Shown here piece by piece: positions 28,078 through 37,068 of a DNA stretch of 61,089 bases (within the stretch, counting starts at the first letter, position 1; each line of letters starts with the position of its first letter). Location: positions 1 through 61,089 of IMG/VR virus record IMGVR_UViG_3300031658_000007. One strand, 5' to 3'. The translations under genes and the position numbers were made by a program. Source of the stretch: a virus (lineage: Duplodnaviria > Caudoviricetes). The notes under the pieces are model-generated. The model ran no database searches, was not told the DNA's origin, and was given only the letters and a program-made list of their open reading frames with translations.

Positions 28078-28179
28078 ATGGCTACATATATGGATTTGCT
28101 GCCTATCACACTAATTGACCCAAAAAGGAGAAGAAAAATATTAATTCCTCTCCTATTCGGGGTATTTGTTGGCACCTAG
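28078..28179 (+). CDS. Micro protein (33 aa), basic then hydrophobic
   Basis: AGGAG RBS; MATYMDLLPITLIDPKRRRKILIPLLFGVFVGT. Confidence 0.4.
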   Translation: MATYMDLLPITLIDPKRRRKILIPLLFGVFVGT

Positions 28180-28244
28180 CTTTGTTGGGTAGCCTTGTAG
28201 TACCACTTGTGAATTATCATAGGTGTAATTTTTGGAGTAGTAAT

Positions 28245-30206
28245 ATGAAAAAGTTTAATGTACAGCCCACGTTAGAGGCTTTTGAAGTAGTAAGACCTAA
28301 GATGAAGGACTTGCTTACTCTTAGAGTGCATGAAGCACTATTGTTAGGTCATTTCTTAAATAAGTACAACAACTATTTGCGTAAGACTTTAGGTAAGCTT
28401 GAAGTCACTAGCAACGATGTGCTTCTTGCCAGTTTCATAGGCAAGTTGGCAGTTCGTATGCCATTAGTTGTGGAGGGTAAGTGGGATGATTTCCAGAAAC
28501 AACAGCAGAAGTTTTTGGCTGCTTCACTGCTTATCAACATACTGGTTGATAGTGGTGAGTATGTTCTTGAGGAACGTATTAAGGAAGTAGATCCGTCTAG
28601 TAACTATGGTAAACCTTACCGTAAAGATTTATTTCTTATCTTTGATGGTGTTGAACCTAAGAAAGAGTTGTTACGTGGTCTTGAGACTAGATCAGGAGTT
28701 TACTATCAGGATAAAGTAGGCAGTATTAAGCTTAGTGCTGAGTTTAAAGGTGTGTTGCACGATGTTGGGTCAATGGCGTTTAAGTTAAGTGATGTAGCTA
28801 GTGAAGAGTTAATTCTTCATGGTTATAAACTGTCCAAGAACTACGTTTCTAGTGGTGACGGCAGGGGTGAAGATCCTACTCTTAAGCGCGAAAGGTACAA
28901 GTCTTACGCTGCACTTATTATGAATGATGTAGCAGCATTAGATAAGTTTTACTTGCCTATGAAGTATGATTCTAGAAGTCGTATGTATTACGAGTTTCAA
29001 CTAGAAGGTATGCGTCCACAAGGACATTTGTGGGAGACATTAATGATAGACGCTTATGAGCCTCAGATACTTAGCAGGAGTGCTGTAAACCACCTCAAAC
29101 ACATCATATATGTTACTAGATATGGTAGGTGTTCATTAGACCAAGCATTATATGGTTGGACTAATAGTGATTGGGTATGGGCTAATAATAGAGATCCTCT
29201 AAAAGCTACTACTGAAAAGGAGTTTGGTGAGTTCATACTAGTAAACAAGGCTGTTCAAGCTGTGGCTGATGCAGTTGACGGTACACCTTCACATTATATG
29301 TTTGGTAAGGATCTTACTAACTCAGGATTGATGATGGCAGGTAGTTGTTTTAAGTCAGCTAAGATGTTAAAGATGGCTAATCTTATTCAGTTGAAGACTG
29401 TACATGATAGTCACACTGATATGCAAAAGTCTTATGGTTTAGACCATTTGACTAGGAAAGATATGAAGAAAATATCTAACCCGATGCTGCATGGAGCGTC
29501 TATAGGTAGCATGGTTAAAAACGTACAGTTAGCATTGCGTGAAAATGGAGAAAGCGATGACACTGTTGACACTATAACTAAGGACTTTGTTATAGGTAAA
29601 AACCATGAAGCATTTGGCTTAGAAGTGGATAATATCTTTACTATTTCGTCTTGGGGTGCATCAGCAGTTAGCAATACTCAAACTGAGCTTTATTGGACAA
29701 CACCAGACGGCTTTAAGGCGTACCACAGAGCACATATGAAGTATTGTCCAGTAGTAATACATACTGCTACTGCGTCTGTTAAAGCTTGTTTTAGGGAGAC
29801 TAAGCTAGTGTCCGATATGCCATTAAAGCAACAAGCTAATGGTCGACCATTGCATGATAAGTCATTTATTGCTAATGGTAGTAAACATGCTGTGGAAGTT
29901 AGTAAGACAGGGCTACATGCCAACTTGACACATAGCTTTGACGCTACGTTATTACGTAGAGTTGTCAATAGAGTTGTCAGTAAAGGTGAAGTATGTTTGC
30001 TGAAGCATGATGACTATATGGTGTTTCCTGATATGTATGACGATATAATAGAGATTGGTCAAGTATTCTTTAAGGAAGCAGCTAGTGTTAACTTCTATGA
30101 AGTAGCAATGAAGGATATTGCCAGTAATGGCAGTACACCACCAATACCTGATCTAGTTATAGGTGATTGTGAAGTAGAAGATAGTGTTAATTATTTAATG
30201 CCATAA
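28245..30206 (+). CDS. T7-type single-subunit RNA polymerase (RNAP II equivalent, single chain, 653 aa)
   Basis: DSRSRMY (DxxGR), motif A KDLTNSG, motif B RKDMKKISNPMLHG, ANLTHSFDA, motif C KHDDY; GGAG RBS before ATG 28245. Confidence 0.88.
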   Translation: MKKFNVQPTLEAFEVVRPKMKDLLTLRVHEALLLGHFLNKYNNYLRKTLGKLEVTSNDVLLASFIGKLAVRMPLVVEGKWDDFQKQQQKFLAASLLINILVDSGEYVLEERIKEVDPSSNYGKPYRKDLFLIFDGVEPKKELLRGLETRSGVYYQDKVGSIKLSAEFKGVLHDVGSMAFKLSDVASEELILHGYKLSKNYVSSGDGRGEDPTLKRERYKSYAALIMNDVAALDKFYLPMKYDSRSRMYYEFQLEGMRPQGHLWETLMIDAYEPQILSRSAVNHLKHIIYVTRYGRCSLDQALYGWTNSDWVWANNRDPLKATTEKEFGEFILVNKAVQAVADAVDGTPSHYMFGKDLTNSGLMMAGSCFKSAKMLKMANLIQLKTVHDSHTDMQKSYGLDHLTRKDMKKISNPMLHGASIGSMVKNVQLALRENGESDDTVDTITKDFVIGKNHEAFGLEVDNIFTISSWGASAVSNTQTELYWTTPDGFKAYHRAHMKYCPVVIHTATASVKACFRETKLVSDMPLKQQANGRPLHDKSFIANGSKHAVEVSKTGLHANLTHSFDATLLRRVVNRVVSKGEVCLLKHDDYMVFPDMYDDIIEIGQVFFKEAASVNFYEVAMKDIASNGSTPPIPDLVIGDCEVEDSVNYLMP

Positions 30207-30442
30207 GGTAGCTAGTGTACTACTGGTGTATCTAGTTAAGAAGTAAATGTACCTTGTCCATAGGACAGGTTTTCTTACCTAATTACTACACCTTTATTAC
30301 ATATAAACTACTTTTTAAACTATTTGAAAAAGGGTTAATAGCCATGATTCGACATGCTTAAAGCCTCGCATTCGCGAGGTATAGTGATTATAGGTTATGT
30401 ACTACTACCTATTTTAAAGTAGTTATTTAAGAGGAAACTATT

Positions 30443-30754
30443 ATGGAACGTAATCCATTAGTGCTTTCTACAGCATTTAAGAAAGCTAAAAGTAAGTTAA
30501 GAAGGATTGATCAGTTAAACATTCGTTCTTCGATGGATGTTGAAGAAACTGACATTATTGTGTTACAGCTTTCAGAAGCCAAGGCACTTGAATTTAACCT
30601 ACCAATGGCTAGCTTTGTGAAAGGTCAGCAGTGGTATGTTAAATCTTTGATTGACTTCGCAGGTATGTCTGCTGAAGACCGTCTAGAAACTGAATACATC
30701 GACTGTTTTCCCGATGTTGCCAGTGAAGAAGAGTTGCTAGCTGAACTAGCTTAA
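30443..30754 (+). CDS. Hypothetical protein with acidic C-terminus
   Basis: 103 aa; GAGG RBS. Confidence 0.7.
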   Translation: MERNPLVLSTAFKKAKSKLRRIDQLNIRSSMDVEETDIIVLQLSEAKALEFNLPMASFVKGQQWYVKSLIDFAGMSAEDRLETEYIDCFPDVASEEELLAELA

Positions 30755-30937
30755 TTCTGCGTAACACACGGGCTGTGTGTAATGCGCTACAGGACGTTTG
30801 TACCATTAGTGGTACCTATGTACCTGTTTGCCTAAGAGGGCTTTGAAACACTTACTGGATCACTCCCAGTATTGATAACATAATGTTTGGGTAGTACCCA
30901 ATAACTAACAAAATTGTAAACCAAGGAGTTGTGTATT

Positions 30938-31378
30938 ATGAAAGACGATGAAATGCAACGTTTATGGGACTCACTAATTATTAATGGTTGGAAATATAAT
31001 GCTAGTACAGGAAGGATATTTATTGGCTTTATCAAACAAGCAGCACCAATACTAGCTAAACTAGATGATTGGGATAGGTCGTATGCATTTTTTGATAGTC
31101 ATATTAAAATACGAAAGATCAGTAGATTTGAATTAAACCAACCAGTATTAGCGTTTGTCAATAATCACTCTCCGCAGCTATCCAATTATCTATGGGACGC
31201 TGATTTTGATGTATCTAAGGTTATAATTAACATCGATAATTTTAAATGGTTTAAGGAAAGACGTATAAGCAAACGTCATGCTGCAATGAAGTCCAACTAT
31301 AAAAAAATATGTCAAGCTACCAAGGTTGTATCAGCAAGAGCACTAAGCAAAAATCATGATTGGACTACTGTTAAATAA
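30938..31378 (+). CDS. Hypothetical protein
   Basis: AAGGAG RBS; ATG 30938. Confidence 0.65.
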   Translation: MKDDEMQRLWDSLIINGWKYNASTGRIFIGFIKQAAPILAKLDDWDRSYAFFDSHIKIRKISRFELNQPVLAFVNNHSPQLSNYLWDADFDVSKVIINIDNFKWFKERRISKRHAAMKSNYKKICQATKVVSARALSKNHDWTTVK

Positions 31379-31399
31379 CATTAAAAAAGGAAACTAGTA

Positions 31400-31597
31400 A
31401 TGAATAAAAAAGTAGATATTAATTCTTTGTGTATTGGTGGAGTTTCTATGCAAGACTACCCAGACTTTTGTGATTCTTATATTGAATCAGGGTGTTATGT
31501 TGATGGATCTACTATATCAGAAGAAGAGATAGAAGAATTGAACTGTAATAGTCCAGAAATAGCGCAAAGTGCGGCATTTCAGTCGTTAACTGATTAA
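31400..31597 (+). CDS. Small acidic phage protein
   Basis: DYPDFCDSYIES..Y.DG motif. Confidence 0.7.
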   Translation: MNKKVDINSLCIGGVSMQDYPDFCDSYIESGCYVDGSTISEEEIEELNCNSPEIAQSAAFQSLTD

Positions 31598-31608
31598 GGT
31601 GTAGTGAT

Positions 31609-31893
31609 ATGACCAATAAAACTAAATGTCTAGTGTTACTAGCTAAAATACAAGCATACATATACTGTCTATTGGACAGTAATGCTAGATTTCATCTAGA
31701 AAACACTTGGTCAGAGTCACTAGTACATAAAAATATATATGGTGAACCTTCCTATGCAGAAGTAGTTACGTATATTGGTGTTATTACAGGAAGTATTAAG
31801 GATAAAAATATAAAAGTTCTTAAAACTTTCTATGGAGAACTAAGATTTGATCTAGAAGACTATATTAATAACTATAACAACAGAGAATTATAA
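31609..31893 (+). CDS. Hypothetical protein
   Basis: ORF in compact operon. Confidence 0.6.
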   Translation: MTNKTKCLVLLAKIQAYIYCLLDSNARFHLENTWSESLVHKNIYGEPSYAEVVTYIGVITGSIKDKNIKVLKTFYGELRFDLEDYINNYNNREL

Positions 31894-32108
31894 TGACTGT
31901 TTTAAGAGGAACTATTGCTATATGTCAAGATTGTGCTTACCAAAGTCCCTACAAAATAGGGAAAAAAAGAATAGAGTACTACTGCAACCAAAAGGATAAT
32001 ATATGCAAGGAAGCAGTAAAAGACTGCGACTACAAGCAACAACTGGACAGCATATATAATAGTATGACTGATACTGAAGTATCCAGTAAATACTTTACTA
32101 AAAGATAA
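31893..32108 (+). CDS. Small Cys-rich protein
   Basis: CxxC plus three further Cys; TAATG coupling. Confidence 0.6.
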   Translation: MTVLRGTIAICQDCAYQSPYKIGKKRIEYYCNQKDNICKEAVKDCDYKQQLDSIYNSMTDTEVSSKYFTKR

Positions 32109-32121
32109 AACTTGTATTAAT

Positions 32122-32439
32122 ATGAGTGCTCCTAAAGGAGTTAATAAATTGAAGACAATACTATTTGTACCACTACTATTCTTACTAGTATTCATGTGTG
32201 CAGCAGCTTTTGCTGACGTAGGCACTTTCAAAAAAGGTTTTATTATACATCTAGGATCAGCACCAAACACTATAGTTGTTTGCAATCCTACAGGTGAATC
32301 TCAAGCAAATGGTACTCAAGTAGTATGTGCTGCAATAAGCTTAGAACAATTAAGAAGTTTATCGACTATGTGTATTATATACAGTCACCCAGTAGGGGTA
32401 AATCTAGTATGCAATACACAACAAACATCACTGGAGTAA
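32122..32439 (+). CDS. Putative exported protein
   Basis: Signal-peptide-like stretch ending AAAFA. Confidence 0.55.
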   Translation: MSAPKGVNKLKTILFVPLLFLLVFMCAAAFADVGTFKKGFIIHLGSAPNTIVVCNPTGESQANGTQVVCAAISLEQLRSLSTMCIIYSHPVGVNLVCNTQQTSLE

Positions 32440-32442
32440 CCC

Positions 32443-32742
32443 ATGAATTTAAGAAACAAAGCTCTACCTTATTCCGTAATGTACGAAAGAGTTTCAAGAT
32501 GGACTTACAATATTACACCATTACCAGAAAGGTATAAATTTGGTAATTTGTGCAAAAAAGAAAGACACGTAAGTAATGAGCGTACTGTAAGGTACGAAAA
32601 ATCTGGACGTTGCCTACTTTGTAGCTCAGAAACCTCAAGAAGCTACAGCAGTAAAAAAGATGCAAGAGACATGACAGCTATGCACTTGTACGAAGACAGC
32701 CTAGAAAGAAAAAAAGATAAAGACCCTTTATTCGATACATAG
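32443..32742 (+). CDS. Putative zinc-binding protein
   Basis: G..CK..H....RY...G.C..C motif; GGAG RBS. Confidence 0.6.
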   Translation: MNLRNKALPYSVMYERVSRWTYNITPLPERYKFGNLCKKERHVSNERTVRYEKSGRCLLCSSETSRSYSSKKDARDMTAMHLYEDSLERKKDKDPLFDT

Positions 32743-32801
32743 TCTGATTATACTTTCAGATTTGTAAACTTTGGTAATCAATGTAAATTTGGAGAAACAA
32801 A

Positions 32802-33068
32802 ATGACAGACCGTTTAAAAGAAAAATTTGTTACTTATAACAAAGAAAATCCTGATATTTACGAGAAATTTAAAGAACTAGCGTTTATTGCCGCTTCCCAT
32901 AGAAAAAATTTTGCTGCTAGAGCAATATTTCATATTATTAGATGGGATAGCATGGTTACAGGTAAAGATGCTTTTAAAGTAAACAACGATTATTCAGCGT
33001 ATTATTCACGAAAGTTTATGACTGAATTTCCAGAACATAGCTCATTATTCAGGACTAGGGGCGTATGA
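32802..33068 (+). CDS. Conserved phage hypothetical protein
   Basis: NP.IY..F...A; IIRW; FKVNN.YSAYY.R.F....P....F.TR. Confidence 0.7.
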   Translation: MTDRLKEKFVTYNKENPDIYEKFKELAFIAASHRKNFAARAIFHIIRWDSMVTGKDAFKVNNDYSAYYSRKFMTEFPEHSSLFRTRGV

Positions 33069-33069
33069 A

Positions 33070-33318
33070 ATGGGTAGCCCTAGATTAATACCTAATATAT
33101 GCATAGAATGTGTATATAGGACAAACACAAAATTAAAAAGTGCGGTAGTTTACATGTGCACTAGATTTAACATAGACTGTAATACTAGTGTTGTACACAG
33201 ATGCTCTTACCAAAAAGACAAAGAAAACTCAAAGTTAAGAAGAGAAGAGTGTGACAACCATAACTTAAATTTTAACCATAGATTTGCAAATACAGAAATT
33301 TGCGATTCTATGCAATAA
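33070..33318 (+). CDS. Small Cys-rich protein
   Basis: CxxC..C..C..C layout like 31893-32108. Confidence 0.5.
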   Translation: MGSPRLIPNICIECVYRTNTKLKSAVVYMCTRFNIDCNTSVVHRCSYQKDKENSKLRREECDNHNLNFNHRFANTEICDSMQ

Positions 33319-33450
33319 CGTGGTTACTAAAGTAGTACAGGCACTGGTTATTGTGTTTTTACTAGTTGTTATGTATTCCAAAGGTCAAATTGATATTGGT
33401 AATACAGAAAGTATACCTTATTGGAACATCTGCCTAAGTCTGGACTAACA

Positions 33451-33675
33451 ATGAAGTTACTAACTGAACATGAATGGCGAAATAAGTATATCCCTACTAA
33501 TATTAATCCTATTAAATATAAGGATATTCCTGAAGAAACTAGCAATTCAAATGTTTGGACTTTAGTAGAGAGAAATAACTCTTTATCATTGGTAGCAGGA
33601 TTTGTACATTTAAACAGATTGGGGTACTACTTAACTAAAAATACTCATAAGTATGACGTAGAGGTGTACTTATAA
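33451..33675 (+). CDS. Hypothetical protein
   Basis: VWTLVE...GF.H.NRLGYY.T motif. Confidence 0.6.
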   Translation: MKLLTEHEWRNKYIPTNINPIKYKDIPEETSNSNVWTLVERNNSLSLVAGFVHLNRLGYYLTKNTHKYDVEVYL

Positions 33676-33692
33676 AATTACTGTTATTAAGG

Positions 33693-33769
33693 TAGTACGC
33701 TTTTAGTACACCATTAGCACACCATTAGTACGCTTTTAGTGCACCTTTAGTACACCTTTAGTACACCAA
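33693..33769. repeat. Intergenic array of 7 x 11-bp direct repeats (iteron-like)
   Basis: TAGTACGCTTT/TAGTACACCAT/TAGCACACCAT/TAGTACGCTTT/TAGTGCACCTT/TAGTACACCTT/TAGTACACCAA. Confidence 0.9.
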
Positions 33770-33836
33770 AACCCTTTTTTTGTGTATACCCACACTTAAT
33801 AAGCCATAGTCTAAACTCATTTAATGACTAACAAAC

Positions 33837-34034
33837 ATGGAAAAACTAAAAAACATACCAGCAGGTATGACACCAAAAGGTAAAAAAATACCTTATACAG
33901 TAGAGGACTATAAATACCTTCTTGACCTAATTGAGAAACGTATGTTGCTTGATAAGGCAGTAATTAGTGACCTCAAATCACGAATTAACGTAGTAGAATC
34001 CAAATTAAATAGTATTAAATTACAAAGGAGATAA
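33837..34034 (+). CDS. Hypothetical protein with C-terminal coiled coil
   Basis: 65 aa ORF just after the repeat array. Confidence 0.6.
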   Translation: MEKLKNIPAGMTPKGKKIPYTVEDYKYLLDLIEKRMLLDKAVISDLKSRINVVESKLNSIKLQRR

Positions 34035-34206
34035 GTATGAAAGAAATATTTGTAGACATAGCTTTAACATCTACGCTTGTTATAGTGGCATCAGTATTAT
34101 TTTCACTAGCAATAACAGATAGCCGTGATCCACCACGATGGCTGTCTTACTTAGTCGCTACTTTAATAGTAGTAATAACAATATCAATTATAGGAGCACT
34201 TTGGTC

Positions 34207-34440
34207 ATGAAATGTTTAGTACTTTTAGTATCACTTACCTGCACATACACAACAGCAAGTGCTGGAATTACCTGTAGTACAGATTACTATGGCAATCAAA
34301 CTTGCACAGGAACAGGCGATAATTACGGCTATAAAAGCCAAGGCTCTACTGACTATTATGGAAACCAAACTTGGAGTGACAACCAAGGCAATAGAACAAC
34401 TTGCAGCACGGATTACTATGGTAACTATTCGTGTAACTAA
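34207..34440 (+). CDS. Small secreted protein with three STDYYGN repeats
   Basis: AGGAG RBS; signal peptide ending TASA; 77 aa. Confidence 0.7.
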   Translation: MKCLVLLVSLTCTYTTASAGITCSTDYYGNQTCTGTGDNYGYKSQGSTDYYGNQTWSDNQGNRTTCSTDYYGNYSCN

Positions 34441-34612
34441 TTCGTGGACTACTAAGACGCGGAAACTGGAGCTGGCCCAGATGCCGAGCTGATATTGGCT
34501 CGTAATAAGTGAAGTCCTGTACTGGAAAAATCGAGTCATGCCGTAATTTTCAAAGCTAATACAGGCAATAAATTTAGTACAAAGGAAAATGAAACTACGG
34601 AAGATTAATTAA

Positions 34613-34834
34613 ATGAAAACAATATGTGAGCTAGAAAAAGAAGTAGATATACTATACGAAAAAGCAATGCTATATTTAAAAGAATCAGAATCTGATTGGA
34701 GATGTTTATCTGCTCACAGTAAAGCAAGAGAATACTGGGGTAAATACCAAGTAGCATGTGATAACTTAGATATTGCTAAAGACGAAGAAACCTGTAGTTT
34801 CAGTAATGAGAGTAGTTTAAGGAAAATAAAATGA
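34613..34834 (+). CDS. Hypothetical protein
   Basis: ORF in operon. Confidence 0.6.
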   Translation: MKTICELEKEVDILYEKAMLYLKESESDWRCLSAHSKAREYWGKYQVACDNLDIAKDEETCSFSNESSLRKIK

Positions 34835-35247
34835 ATATTAATGCTTGCCCTTTTTGTCACTCAATTGATACACAAATAGTTTCTTACGAAGATGAAGGTT
34901 CTTCGCATGTATGCATAGTTTGTATCCAATGTGAAGCTAGGGGGCCAATAGCCTACTTAGATGACGAGTACAACGCGAAAGAGTACGCAACAAACCATTG
35001 GAATAATGGTATGTTCTTGACAGAGCCTGTAGTAACTAAAGTAGCTGTAATACGGGATGAAGATACTGATGTTTTAACAATCAGAGTTAGATTTACTAAC
35101 CATGAATATTCAGATATCTGCACGTTTAACACTAATAGTATAACTTTTGATGTTAAAGAGTTTATGGGGCTAACTTATGGTGAAGCACTGTCACTAAAGT
35201 TTAAAAAAGAAGAGCAACACTTTGATTCTTATATTAAAAGAAGGTAA
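34831..35247 (+). CDS. Lar-like zinc-ribbon protein (restriction alleviation family)
   Basis: CPFC...C..CEARGP...A..HWN. Confidence 0.65.
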   Translation: MNINACPFCHSIDTQIVSYEDEGSSHVCIVCIQCEARGPIAYLDDEYNAKEYATNHWNNGMFLTEPVVTKVAVIRDEDTDVLTIRVRFTNHEYSDICTFNTNSITFDVKEFMGLTYGEALSLKFKKEEQHFDSYIKRR

Positions 35248-35288
35248 CTAATTACTGGGTAGTTTAATTATAACTAGGGGGTAGTACA

Positions 35289-35510
35289 ATGAGAGTAGAA
35301 ACATACAAAAAAGCACACGCTGTAATAAATCAATATGCTACTTTTGAAGTACCCAAAGAAGATTGGGATACAATGAAATTAGCAGGATTTGACGATACTA
35401 CAACTATCGATAAATTAATCGTAACAGGTGAGGTCAAATGTTTAGACTATGAAATAGATATCGTAGATATCCTATCTGTACACGAAGAAGATACAGTTGT
35501 AGACGCGTAA
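35289..35510 (+). CDS. Hypothetical protein
   Basis: ORF with GGGGG RBS. Confidence 0.6.
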   Translation: MRVETYKKAHAVINQYATFEVPKEDWDTMKLAGFDDTTTIDKLIVTGEVKCLDYEIDIVDILSVHEEDTVVDA

Positions 35511-35534
35511 CCACATTATAGGAGTAATTTTACT

Positions 35535-35798
35535 ATGTATTTAGAAGAAGAAATAAAAGACTTACATAAAGACGTAGATACGAATTTTACAAAAGAATTA
35601 AATACTTTAGCTGGCAGCATCATAAAAGTTACAGAATCTTATGTAATGTTTAAAACTATATGCGGTCCTATTACAGACCTTAAGTCTGAACTAGGCAGTG
35701 TGTACACAACATGGGTTAACCTATGTGCTACTATTGGATTAGATCCAGAATCTTGTGTTGAAGAATCACTAAAAGATAAACACAAAAATGTAACTTAA
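35535..35798 (+). CDS. Hypothetical protein (possibly degenerate MazG-like helical fold)
   Basis: KSELGSV...VNLC..IGLDPE.C.E; AGGAG RBS. Confidence 0.45.
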   Translation: MYLEEEIKDLHKDVDTNFTKELNTLAGSIIKVTESYVMFKTICGPITDLKSELGSVYTTWVNLCATIGLDPESCVEESLKDKHKNVT

Positions 35799-35815
35799 AA
35801 TAAAAGGAACTAATT

Positions 35816-36145
35816 ATGTCTAGTAATTATAAAAAAATTGTGGATAAAATATCAAAAGAATATGAAACAAACTATGGGATAGAGAGTAAAAAAGTAGCTA
35901 TCTCTGCTATAGACACTCAAGTTGGTGGTAGCCACTACAAAAAACTAGGCATACAACCTTTAGAGCTAACATACGCTAACTTTGGTTACACAGGTTTACG
36001 TGCTGCAATATACACAAAGGTAAATAAGTACCTCTCTAGGGACAAAGATAACCATCGTGAAGATATAGAAAAAGCTAGGCAGATACTAGATATGCAGTTA
36101 TATTTTTACGATAAACATGTATTAGACCAGAAAAAGGATTGTTAG
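35816..36145 (+). CDS. DUF3310-like protein
   Basis: QVGGSHYK...IQP.E...KYL.R.K....DIEKA. Confidence 0.8.
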   Translation: MSSNYKKIVDKISKEYETNYGIESKKVAISAIDTQVGGSHYKKLGIQPLELTYANFGYTGLRAAIYTKVNKYLSRDKDNHREDIEKARQILDMQLYFYDKHVLDQKKDC

Positions 36146-36147
36146 TT

Positions 36148-36438
36148 ATGAAACATTACGCTGTGTCTATAAGCATACTTATACAAAATGAGTATGTAAA
36201 AAATAGTGTAGTCATAATAGAAGGTGCTAACAACTCTATAGAGGCACAAAAAGTAGCTCTTTATGGTGAGGCACATAACCAAGAAGATATGGAATGGATT
36301 GATAGAGAAACAGTAAAAGAAGAAATTTTCTTGTACGAAGTAGATGACGTAGTAGAAGTACCAGAAGAAGACCTTAAAGTGTTAGAAAAATACTTTAATT
36401 TCTACACTGTTAACGAACTAATGCCTTCAATACACTAA
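36148..36438 (+). CDS. Hypothetical acidic protein
   Basis: ORF in operon. Confidence 0.6.
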   Translation: MKHYAVSISILIQNEYVKNSVVIIEGANNSIEAQKVALYGEAHNQEDMEWIDRETVKEEIFLYEVDDVVEVPEEDLKVLEKYFNFYTVNELMPSIH

Positions 36439-36451
36439 ACGAGTATATATA

Positions 36452-36655
36452 ATGACAAAAACAGAGAAAGCAAAGGAACTTAAACAAAAAAGTAGTCACA
36501 GGATATCAGTAGAAACAGTGCTTGGACGAATACAAAAAGGATGGACTGACGAAAAAATACTTAGTACTCCAGTACAAAAGAAACCTCCAAGCACACACCC
36601 GCTAAAAAACCCTAGCTATCAAGCAATGGCTAAGTTTAAAGGGTGGAAAACTTAA
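36452..36655 (+). CDS. Small basic DNA-binding-like protein
   Basis: ISVETVLGRIQKGWT.EK.L.TPV, resembling DNA-binding tails of HNH proteins. Confidence 0.55.
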   Translation: MTKTEKAKELKQKSSHRISVETVLGRIQKGWTDEKILSTPVQKKPPSTHPLKNPSYQAMAKFKGWKT

Positions 36656-36685
36656 CTACTCTGTATTAAAATAAAATTACAGGTT

Positions 36686-36811
36686 GCGGTTACTCCTTGA
36701 AAGTCTCGTATCTTTCGCAAAACTCGACTGAAGGTGTCGATTAAAATTATGCTGTGCAAGTATCCTAGATTCCTTATTTACAAAATCTTTACTTGTATTA
36801 ATGTTGACCGC
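36686..36811 (+). ncRNA. Candidate four-way-junction structured RNA
   Basis: Closing stem GCGGTTA/TGACCGC encloses three hairpins (TGAAAG/CTTTCG, TCGAC/GTCGA, GTGCAAGTA/TACTTGTAT). Confidence 0.45.
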
Positions 36812-36861
36812 GTAATCATATACAACAAAGTGTAATACCATTACTTATATAGGAAATAAAA

Positions 36862-37023
36862 ATGAGAAAACAAAGAGAATTCACAGATTACGTAGATCAC
36901 TTAATTGATGATGTGCATGAAGAATGCACTAATACTAAGAATAGAGAAGAAATTAATAATAGTACTAAATTTTTAATGCTTCTACTTCAAATACAGAATA
37001 TTCTAAAGAAACCAAAACCCTAA
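36862..37023 (+). CDS. Small hypothetical protein (53 aa)
   Basis: AGGA RBS; MRKQREFTDYVDHL... Confidence 0.5.
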   Translation: MRKQREFTDYVDHLIDDVHEECTNTKNREEINNSTKFLMLLLQIQNILKKPKP

Positions 37024-37068
37024 ACAGTCTCACTTACCGAAGATTCCCTTCTTCACCAGAGACTTTTT

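Noticed and set aside
33693-33769. Possible CRISPR array
   Set aside because: 11-bp units are contiguous with no spacers; no cas operon (the Cas4-like nuclease is a typical phage exonuclease)
34270-34440. Pediocin-like bacteriocin (YGNGV)
   Set aside because: The motif is YYGNQ/YYGNY repeated three times; no amphipathic C-terminal helix, immunity gene or transporter
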